In this document: positions 16,820 to 23,624 of the stretch, piece by piece
How positions within the stretch are numbered: the first letter of the stretch is position 1
How the letters are laid out: each line of letters starts with the position of its first letter
Assembly: GCA_022844165.1 (NCBI GenBank)
Contig: JALHMH010000055.1
Span: forward strand, 1-23,624
Direction of reading: 5' to 3'
Length of the DNA: 23,624 bases
DNA from: Lysobacterales bacterium
Lineage (GTDB): Bacteria; Pseudomonadota; Gammaproteobacteria; Xanthomonadales; SZUA-5
Notes under the pieces: generated by a model
The model's input: only the letters and a program-made list of their open reading frames with translations
Told to the model about the DNA's origin: nothing
Database searches by the model: none
Translations under genes and position numbers: made by a program

Positions 16820-19446
16820 TGAATGATCCAACGCCGACTGAAGTTTCGACCGCTCCTCCGAGCGCATCTGCGGATGCACAGCTACGCGCGCTATTCGATC
16901 AAGTGATTGATATGGCGGAATCCACGCGCGTCGCTTGGATTGCTGAGCGAGTGCGAGATCCGGCGCTGTGCGCTGCGCTGTTTAAATTGCTTGAAATCGA
17001 CGCGCGCGCCGGTCCCTTTGATACCTCTGCGGCACAACGTATTGAGCACTTCGACAGAGCGGCCAAAGCCGCGTTTGATGGTTTGATTGGCAGCCGCATC
17101 GGTGCTTATCGAATTGAGCGACTTCTGGGCCAAGGCGGCATGGCAACAGTTTTTCTCGGACGCCGGGATTTGGGCGATTTCGATCAGCAAGTCGCCATCA
17201 AACTGCTGCGCAAGGGTCTGTACTCCGAGTCGGAGCAGCGTCAATTTCGACGCGAACAGCGTGCGCTAGCCGCCCTCACCCATCCCAATATTGCCTACTT
17301 GATTGATGGCGGCATCACTGAGGCCGGCGTGCCCTTTCTGATTTTGGAATACGTCGACGGTCTGGCATTGACGCATTACGCCACGCGGCAAGCTCTGAGT
17401 ACGCAAGCGCGGCTGCGGCTGTTCTTGGCCATTTGCAGAGCGGTCGCTGCGGCCCATCGACAGCTCGTCGTGCATCGAGACCTCAAGCCCTCGAACATCC
17501 TGGTCAAAGCCGACGGTGAAGTGAAGCTGTTGGACTTCGGTATCGCCAAATTGCTTGATGATGACGCCGAAGCGCAAACGCAGACCGGGCTCGTGGCGCT
17601 CACGCCGGAATACGCCGCTCCCGAACAGCGCGTCGGTGGCACGATAACGACGTCCACCGACGTGTACGCACTTGGCGTACTGCTGCATGAGCTGCTGATT
17701 GGTCGGCGACCGATTGACGAGGAAGCCGGCCAGCGCCGACCTTCCTCGCTGCTGGTAGAAGCCTTAGCGCATAGCGACCCTTCACTAACGCCTGCAGTGC
17801 CCTTGAGTACCTTGCGGCAACAGCTGCGCGGCGATTTGGACAACATCCTGCTGATGGCGCTGGCGCCCGAGCCCGAACGTCGCTATCAAAGCGCCGCCGA
17901 GTTTGCAGATGACATTCAGCGGCACCTGGACGCCCAGCCTGTATTGGCGCATCCACCTTCGCGCTGGTATCGGGTGCAAAAATTCGTTAGCCGGCATCGC
18001 GGCGGCGTCACGATGGGCGCCATCCTCGGCATCGCGACGATCTCGGCACTGCTGTTTGCGCTCTGGCAAACCCAGCTGGCGAGAACCCAGGCGCAGCTTG
18101 CAACGCAGGAGGCACAGCGTGCGCAAAGCGAGGGCCGACGTGCGGAAGCGATTACCCAGTTCGTGCTGCAATTGTTGGAATCCACCGCACCTGGTGGCGC
18201 GCAGGCGAAAGCGCCAGATGTGCCCACACTGGTCTTGGAAGCAGCCAAAAAATTGCCGAGTAGCTTCGATGCCGACCCAAGGGCCAAAGTTCAGCTCTAT
18301 GCCTTGGTTGGCAGCGTGCTGCGGCGCATGCAGCGAATTGATCAATCAAGCGAGATTTTGCAACAAGGCTATGCGCTAGCGCAGCAGCTGCCTGAATTGG
18401 CGGATCGCCTTGTGGTTGCCTTTGAGCTGGCGCGTACTTTGAACAAAAATGACGAAGGCGCAAGGGCCGAGCAAATTTTGGCGGCATTTGACGAACTGCC
18501 AGCATCTCAGTATCCGAGTTCGGGTTTAAGCCCGCTCCGGCCAGGCATGGTGTTGAAGCTACGGATGGCGATCGCGTCGAGCCTGGGGGATTTTTCGCGC
18601 GCGCTGAAGCTGGGTGCGCGCATGCACGCGCAATACCAAGCCGAATGCGATGCCGGGAAGTTTTGCGATGACTTAGCGTATGCGGAAAACGACTATGGCA
18701 TCGTTTCCTACGGCGCCGGTGAAGCGCAGCGTGGCATCGAATTGCTACAAGCATCTTTGCAGCACAAGTTGGCTGCAGGGTTGCCTTTGACTAGCGTCGT
18801 GACCACGCGGCTTTATCTTGCGAGCATTTTTTTGATGCGCGGTGAGGTATCTGAAACTCGCCAGATGATCGAACAAGCACGCAATGAATATCGATCACTC
18901 GGAAATAGTGTGCTGCAAAAAACCTTGGAGGCCGATCCGATTGAGGTACGTTTGTTGTATCAATATTTCGATCCAAAACAAGCGATCCGGCGCGCGGAGC
19001 AAATACGCGCAGCCGCGACTCAATCCGGCGCCTGCGATTTTTACTTCCTGGAGATCGAACATGTTGCCGCATTAATCGCCGATCAGAGTCCAGCAGCAAA
19101 GCCCGCCGCCAGCGCTTTGCTTGCGTTGCAAAAGCAATGCGGTGAAAACCGCCGCGTCGATCATTTGATCACGGCCCTGCTGTTGGCGCACGCCAATTTG
19201 CTGATCGGCGAAGACGACGACCAGGCAGCGCTGCTGGTGCTCTTGAATGATCCGGAGGTGCACAAGATGTCGGTCCACTCGCGCCATGAAGTGTTTGTGC
19301 ACGCGCTGAACTGGGCACTGGCGACGGGCGAGAAAGCCTACTGCAGAACATGGGGTGAACACGCCCTGCAATTGAGTCAAGCGCTTGACTTGCCGATGCA
19401 CGCGGCACTCTTACAGCGTGCGCGTCGTGCGTTAGATGAGTGCTGA
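16816..19446 (+). CDS. Hanks-type Ser/Thr protein kinase with one TM helix and a helical TPR-like extracytoplasmic region
   Basis: LGQGGMATV, VAIK, HRDLKPSN, DFGIAK, TPEYAAPEQ and DVYALG are all intact. TM segment VTMGAILGIATISALLFALW, then a coiled-coil linker and helical repeats. Confidence 0.93.
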   Translation: MMNDPTPTEVSTAPPSASADAQLRALFDQVIDMAESTRVAWIAERVRDPALCAALFKLLEIDARAGPFDTSAAQRIEHFDRAAKAAFDGLIGSRIGAYRIERLLGQGGMATVFLGRRDLGDFDQQVAIKLLRKGLYSESEQRQFRREQRALAALTHPNIAYLIDGGITEAGVPFLILEYVDGLALTHYATRQALSTQARLRLFLAICRAVAAAHRQLVVHRDLKPSNILVKADGEVKLLDFGIAKLLDDDAEAQTQTGLVALTPEYAAPEQRVGGTITTSTDVYALGVLLHELLIGRRPIDEEAGQRRPSSLLVEALAHSDPSLTPAVPLSTLRQQLRGDLDNILLMALAPEPERRYQSAAEFADDIQRHLDAQPVLAHPPSRWYRVQKFVSRHRGGVTMGAILGIATISALLFALWQTQLARTQAQLATQEAQRAQSEGRRAEAITQFVLQLLESTAPGGAQAKAPDVPTLVLEAAKKLPSSFDADPRAKVQLYALVGSVLRRMQRIDQSSEILQQGYALAQQLPELADRLVVAFELARTLNKNDEGARAEQILAAFDELPASQYPSSGLSPLRPGMVLKLRMAIASSLGDFSRALKLGARMHAQYQAECDAGKFCDDLAYAENDYGIVSYGAGEAQRGIELLQASLQHKLAAGLPLTSVVTTRLYLASIFLMRGEVSETRQMIEQARNEYRSLGNSVLQKTLEADPIEVRLLYQYFDPKQAIRRAEQIRAAATQSGACDFYFLEIEHVAALIADQSPAAKPAASALLALQKQCGENRRVDHLITALLLAHANLLIGEDDDQAALLVLLNDPEVHKMSVHSRHEVFVHALNWALATGEKAYCRTWGEHALQLSQALDLPMHAALLQRARRALDEC

Positions 19447-19550
19447 GTTGATGTCGCGGCAACGGCCTGCTCGATGTTGCCGACTCAGTCATCCTTGAAA
19501 ACAGCGCAAGTTTCGGCGGCGGCAGTCGGTGCCAAGCGATCAAATCAGCA

Positions 19551-19583
19551 ATGAAGCAAATCCGCTGAAATTGGCGTTCTTCT
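19551..19583 (+). promoter_or_regulatory. Candidate ECF-dependent promoter upstream of the secreted protein gene
   Basis: ATGAAGCAAAT-N10-TGGCGTTCTTCT ends 36 nt before ATG 19620 and is the second copy of the motif at 16613. Confidence 0.55.
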
Positions 19584-19619
19584 GATTACCAGGATGACCT
19601 GGCTGACCGGAAAGATGCT

Positions 19620-21923
19620 ATGAGATCACGATGGAAGACGGCTGCGGCGCTGGCTCTGATGGTAACAAGCCAAAGCCAGGCAGCGACATTTACGGTTGGG
19701 CCAAGCGGCACAGGTTGCACCCACACGAACCTGCAGGCTGCGGTCGATTCCGCTGCCATCAGTGCCGGCGCCGACACGATCCGTATTGCTCGCAATGCAA
19801 CTTACACCGCGCAGCAAATTACGATCAACAGCAGTGAGGAGCTTTATTTAATTGGCGGATTTGCAACGTGTGCGGCGACGACATCCAACAGTCCCAACAC
19901 CGAATTGAGTGGCGCCGGCGGCAATCAAGCGCCGGTATTGGATATTCGCAGCAGCAGCGTGGTGTATCTGCAAAACCTGCGCATCACCGGCGGCGACAAT
20001 ACACCGACCGGCGGCTTTGGCCTGGGCGGCGGCATCTTCTTCACGGGTAGCGGCGCGCTGGAGATCGTGAATAGCAGCATCGACCAAAACAGTGCGAATT
20101 TTGGCGGCGGCATCTACGCGGTGGGTTCGGCCACGACCTCTGAAGTCTTCGTGCGCGATGATGTGGTCATTGGCTTCAATACGGCACGCGTGAGCGGTGG
20201 CGGCGTGGTGGCCGCTGGCCTGGAGTTCACAGTGCAAGGCGTAAACACCACCATTCTGAGCAACCAGGCGCTCGGCATTGGCGGCGGTGGATTCGGCGGC
20301 GGCGCACTCGTGCTTAGCACCGCGAGCTTCCCCAGCTTCCTTTACCTTGGCGCCGATGGCATTGGCGGCGTGGGCGGCGTGCATGGCAACTCGGCGGTGT
20401 TCGGGGGCGGTATTGCCGCCATCGGCACAACCGACAGTGGCCGCAGTGCCGAAGTCCAGGTTTACAGCACTATTGCCGGGCGGCCTGCGCAAATCAGCGC
20501 GAATTCCGCTTCCAGTCAGGGCGGCGCATTTTACTTGCTGAGCGACAATGACTTTGATGGCGATGCAACCGCGATTGCGCGCTTGCAGTTTGCCAATGTC
20601 ATCGACAATAGCGCACCCGATGGCGCGGCTTTTTTTGGCGATACAGATGCTGCTGGCGGCGCTTCGCCCATTGTCAGCGCAGTAGTGCAGTACAACGTTG
20701 AACCGCTGATCGCGCGAGGCGTGCCCTGTTCGTTTGGCCTGCCATGTGGCGTGATGTCGAACAATATCGCCAGCGCGCCCGGCGGTGCGATTGTGCAACA
20801 AGGTAATGCCGCTATCGACTTTAATTTTAGCGCCCGACGCTTGCAAGTGCAAAATAATCAGGCGGGGTATTTGTGGCTCCTGCGCGCGTCGAACACTGTT
20901 CTATACAACAGCCTGCTGAGCGACAATGTGGTGCGCCAAGAGCTCATTCGACAAATTGGAACGGATTTTGATTCTGTGGGCCTTTACAACCTGACGGTGG
21001 CAAATAATCAAATCGCCGCGATGCATGTGTTTCGCATCCAGGACAATTTTACTCTATACAACAGCGTGATCGCACAACCTGGCAATACCATCACGGCACC
21101 TGGCACGGCGAATTTTGAAGGCGGCAGCAACGTGTCGGACAATGTCGGCAATTTGCCAAGCGGCGTTTCGGTACTCACAGCGCCACGTTTTATCGACCCG
21201 GCAAGACGCGACTATCGACCGCGCGCGGGCTCGCGCGCGATCGACCGGACCATTTTTATTGACCTTCCCGGACCTAACTATCAGTTTGAAGACTTGCTTG
21301 GACGCGGGCACGACGTCGATATCCCAGGCATCGGCTCGCTCAATCGACACGTGGATGCTGGCGCTTTTGAACGGGAAAGCTATTTGCCCCTCGTGCTCAA
21401 CCCCACTTTCGACAGTGATCTCAATCTCTGGCAGGCAACGCAGACCGCGGAATCTTCATGGGATGGCACGCAAAACATCGCAGGCCCTGCCGGATCGGGC
21501 TCAGCGCGCGTGGTGTTTGAGCCAGCACCAGGGCGTGCACCTTTGGTCGCAGGACGCGGCCAGTGTATCCACATCCCGGTATCTGGCATGTACCAACTCA
21601 ACGCCTTTGGGCGGGTGTTGCCGGCATCTACGATCATGGCTACCAGACGCGCAAGATTAGTTTGGGAACTCAGATTCAATGACGGCAATTTTGGCTGCGA
21701 TAGTGGTCCGCCGGACCAAACCGGTGTACTTGACCTCAGCAGCACCGGCACCTGGACTCAGCCGCTGCCCGCGATGATCAACATCAACGCAAATTTTAAC
21801 ACCTCGCTCACCATCAAACTGGACGTGCTCGGCTCAGCGGTGGGCCAAACAACCGGCTGGTTTGATGGCATCACGCTGATGCCGGCGCAACCCGACACGA
21901 TCTTCGCGAATGGCTTCGAGTGA
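19620..21923 (+). CDS. Secreted parallel beta-helix (GGAI-repeat, choice-of-anchor-Q-like) protein with a CBM-like domain and C-terminal DTIFANGFE
   Basis: Signal peptide MRSRWKTAAALALMVTSQSQA, repeated N-x-A...GGG(I/V/A) turns, DYRPRAGSRAID...VDAGAFE, a jelly-roll-like LVLNPTFD...WFDGITL segment, and terminal DTIFANGFE. Confidence 0.85.
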   Translation: MRSRWKTAAALALMVTSQSQAATFTVGPSGTGCTHTNLQAAVDSAAISAGADTIRIARNATYTAQQITINSSEELYLIGGFATCAATTSNSPNTELSGAGGNQAPVLDIRSSSVVYLQNLRITGGDNTPTGGFGLGGGIFFTGSGALEIVNSSIDQNSANFGGGIYAVGSATTSEVFVRDDVVIGFNTARVSGGGVVAAGLEFTVQGVNTTILSNQALGIGGGGFGGGALVLSTASFPSFLYLGADGIGGVGGVHGNSAVFGGGIAAIGTTDSGRSAEVQVYSTIAGRPAQISANSASSQGGAFYLLSDNDFDGDATAIARLQFANVIDNSAPDGAAFFGDTDAAGGASPIVSAVVQYNVEPLIARGVPCSFGLPCGVMSNNIASAPGGAIVQQGNAAIDFNFSARRLQVQNNQAGYLWLLRASNTVLYNSLLSDNVVRQELIRQIGTDFDSVGLYNLTVANNQIAAMHVFRIQDNFTLYNSVIAQPGNTITAPGTANFEGGSNVSDNVGNLPSGVSVLTAPRFIDPARRDYRPRAGSRAIDRTIFIDLPGPNYQFEDLLGRGHDVDIPGIGSLNRHVDAGAFERESYLPLVLNPTFDSDLNLWQATQTAESSWDGTQNIAGPAGSGSARVVFEPAPGRAPLVAGRGQCIHIPVSGMYQLNAFGRVLPASTIMATRRARLVWELRFNDGNFGCDSGPPDQTGVLDLSSTGTWTQPLPAMININANFNTSLTIKLDVLGSAVGQTTGWFDGITLMPAQPDTIFANGFE

Positions 21924-21944
21924 TCGTTACGGACGTATGGGCTT

Positions 21945-21998
21945 GTTCAACCCAGGATAAGATCGCGGCTTCGCGCGATCTATCCCTGTTCGTTAGAC
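21945..21998 (-). repeat. Atypical, short (54-bp) terminal attC-like site
   Basis: - strand GTCTAAC-GAA-CAGGGATAGATCGCG-CGAAGC-CGCGATCTTATCCTG-G-GTTGAAC. Both core sites and a hairpin are present, but the L boxes and spacers are non-canonical. Confidence 0.6.
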
Positions 21999-21999
21999 G

Positions 22000-22293
22000 C
22001 TACCGCCATTGCTCGGATGCGAAGCCTGCCGCTGAGATTGATGCGGTTGACGCAGGAATGAACGCAGAGACATGGGCTTCGCCGCAAGCGGGACACGAGC
22101 AACTCGGATCGTCGAGCGCGCCATACATCGCGGCCTCCAGGTTCTTCGGGTGAAGAAAGGTAGTGCCTACTTCGTCGCACACGAGGACAACGGTGGCGCA
22201 GTGCGGGCACTCAAAAAATTCCAATGCGCCCTGTCCGCTGCAACACTGGCAGCGGAATCCGGAAAGTGAAAACACTGGCCGATCAACCTGCAT
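22000..22293 (-). CDS. Cassette ORF: 97-aa Cys-rich, probably metal-binding hypothetical protein
   Basis: Fills the cassette exactly: ATG is 5 nt after GTTAGAC and TAG is 1 nt before GTCTAAC. Contains CQCC, CPHC, CDE and CSCPAC. Confidence 0.8.
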   Translation of the reverse strand: MQVDRPVFSLSGFRCQCCSGQGALEFFECPHCATVVLVCDEVGTTFLHPKNLEAAMYGALDDPSCSCPACGEAHVSAFIPASTASISAAGFASEQWR

Positions 22294-22298
22294 GTAGC

Positions 22299-22388
22299 GT
22301 CTAACGCCGTGCTAAGCCGCAGCCGGCCGAAGCCGACCAGTTCTGCCCGACCCTGTCCCCGGATGTCGGCTTGAGCGCACAGTTGTGC
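22299..22388 (-). repeat. attC site (90 bp)
   Basis: - strand GCACAAC-TGTGC-GCTCAAGC...GCTTAGC-ACGGC-GTTAGAC, with an extra base in L'' and a paired inner stem. R'' has one mismatch to consensus. Confidence 0.92.
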
Positions 22389-22391
22389 ACC

Positions 22392-22948
22392 TTAGCGACC
22401 ATACTTGGCCTTCACTTCCTGAACAGTCATCCGCTTTGCCGTGCCGCTGACAACGTGCTGTTTTCCCTCGTAGTCGAAGACGAAGGATGCCTCGGTAGCT
22501 TGTCCATAGGCGCTGCTTAGGTTGATTGCAGGAGGGGTGACTGCCCACTTGTCGCTATCTATGGTGTAGCTGTCGGAGAACGTGCGCTGTGCCCCGCCTA
22601 CACTGATGCTTTTTGGCACCACCACAATCGGAGATTCTGACGTATTGATGAAGTAGATCTCAGAGACCCACTCTACGAGCCCACCGCGATATGCCGCCTT
22701 CAGGTCGTCGGCGAATGGGCCGGGCCAGTGTGCTTATGGTTCTCAGGCATTCGCTCCTTCCCAAGTGTGATCACGAGGCGAGCGATCACGACCCCATCGT
22801 CAGTGCGATGCTCCAGTTCGTAGTACGGCGAATAGACCGTTTCACGAAACTTCCCTTGCTCGTCGGGTTCGCTCGCGACCATATAGCTCGACGAGGTTGC
22901 GCACCCTCCGAGCAAGAGCAGCAGTCCTACCAGCATGACTACACGCAC
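22392..22948 (-). pseudogene. Cassette-borne lipoprotein gene frameshifted by a 5-bp duplication (183 aa if repaired)
   Basis: GGGAGG precedes GTG 22948, and MRVVMLVGLLLLLGG-C is a lipobox. Removing one copy of GGCCC-GGCCC (22726-22717) joins the two track ORFs into one frame that ends 3 nt before the attC. Confidence 0.8.
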
Positions 22949-22967
22949 CAGAAGCCTCCCATCAGGG

Positions 22968-23057
22968 GCATAACGCCGTGCTAACTGGCCTGCGGCCAGC
23001 AGTGGTCGGTTTGAACGAAGCATGTCCCCGCAGGTCCAGTTGAGCACACAGTTAGAC
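22968..23057 (-). repeat. attC site (90 bp)
   Basis: - strand GTCTAAC-TGTGT-GCTCAACT-GGACCTGCGG...CCGCAGGCC-AGTTAGC-ACGGC-GTTATGC. Confidence 0.92.
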
Positions 23058-23429
23058 GCCTACTGGGGCGGCGCTCCAAGACTTAAGCCACTTGTTGGCT
23101 TCGTGTACTTCAAGGCGACCCATGCGATGCAGGTACCACGTGAGGTGTATCGCGAGCAACTGTAGGTTACCTGACGAGAACATGTCGAAGGATACCGTGG
23201 AGGGAGCGAGAGTTTGCCTCCCCACTGAAACTTCGCTTCGTACTGGGGTGCGATTCGGGACATTGGCACCCATGGCGATGTGTTCTAACGCGGTCGCCGA
23301 CTCAGCGAGTTGCACCGAGAAATCAATGCAGGCAACGCCGGGCTCCTGCCAGTGGGAGTGCACGACTACACCAGGGACTCTACCGAGCAGCCAACAAGTA
23401 CGCTCGAGGATTGCATGATGCGGGGCCAT
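23052..23429 (-). CDS. Cassette ORF: 125-aa hypothetical protein (MAPHHAILER...)
   Basis: First ATG after the R' site at 23447-23441. The TAA stop lies inside R'' (GTC-TAA-C), as is typical of cassettes. The flanks GTTAGACGCC and GGCGTCTAAC are perfectly complementary. Confidence 0.75.
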   Translation of the reverse strand: MAPHHAILERTCWLLGRVPGVVVHSHWQEPGVACIDFSVQLAESATALEHIAMGANVPNRTPVRSEVSVGRQTLAPSTVSFDMFSSGNLQLLAIHLTWYLHRMGRLEVHEANKWLKSWSAAPVGV

Positions 23430-23440
23430 CGTTGATTGGC

Positions 23441-23513
23441 GTCTAACGCGTGAGCTAAGCGGCCACATCAATCGCGAAGCGATTGATTGGTCCGCTTGAG
23501 TGAAATGTTGAAC
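23441..23513 (-). repeat. attC site (73 bp)
   Basis: - strand GTTCAAC-ATTTC-ACTCAAGC-GGACCAATCAATCGC-TTC-GCGATTGATGTGGCC-GCTTAGC-TCACGC-GTTAGAC. Confidence 0.93.
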
Positions 23514-23623
23514 GAAGCCGCTACGCGGAGAAGTGGTCTTCGGGATGAGGATTGCGGCGTAATCTTCACGGGCATTCCTTCGCGGACCGGGGGAGTGATT
23601 GTGCCTTCAACCGTGAGGAATGA
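23468..23623 (-). CDS. 3' end of a further cassette ORF, partial and entering from the window edge
   Basis: The only - strand frame open from the edge to the attC reads ...SFLTVEGTITPPVREGMPVKITPQSSSRRPLLRVAASFNISLKRTNQSLRD*, stopping within the attC hairpin. Confidence 0.45.
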   Translation of the reverse strand, partial: SFLTVEGTITPPVREGMPVKITPQSSSRRPLLRVAASFNISLKRTNQSLRD

Positions 23624-23624
23624 C

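Larger units (their letters stand above)
21945..23624 (-). mobile_element. Integron gene-cassette array, distal end; any intI/attI would lie beyond 23624
   Basis: Short co-oriented ORFs are each followed by an R''(RYYYAAC)-L''...L'-R'(GTTRRRY) imperfect palindrome, and each cassette's two core sites are mutually complementary. Confidence 0.92.

Noticed and set aside
22949-23047. Track start of the 115-aa ORF at 23047
   Set aside because: It begins within the attC. GTG 22948 has an SD and gives a proper lipoprotein signal peptide.
23430-23471. Track start of the 139-aa ORF at 23471
   Set aside because: It starts inside the attC, outside the cassette boundary. ATG 23429 is preferred.
21945-23513. 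Spaced palindromic repeats considered as a CRISPR array or plain terminators
   Set aside because: The units are non-identical, 54-90 bp long and separated by whole ORFs, with R/L box architecture and no U-tracts. This fits attC sites.

Overview
A GC-rich bacterial window, probably Xanthomonadales-like (inferred from the prmB-aroC pairing, the ECF/kinase module and the DxIFxxGFE-tailed secreted protein). From left to right: (1) the probable left end of an IS3-like element (1-~118), which appears to truncate a large secreted repeat protein on the - strand; (2) housekeeping prmB-aroC; (3) an alpha-glucan cluster glgP-glgB-glgX-malQ with no glgC/glgA in the window; (4) a SulP/STAS transporter and a degenerate squalene/phytoene synthase-like gene; (5) an ECF43-type sigma factor, a membrane Ser/Thr kinase with a TPR-like ectodomain, and a secreted beta-helix protein ending in DTIFANGFE, with one bipartite promoter-like motif repeated upstream of both the kinase and the secreted gene; (6) the distal end of an integron gene-cassette array on the - strand (21945-23624) with three canonical attC sites, one atypical terminal site, three complete cassettes (one a lipoprotein broken by a 5-bp duplication) and one partial cassette. 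No integrase, tRNA, rRNA or CRISPR array was seen. All family calls come from motif recognition by eye, with no database searches.
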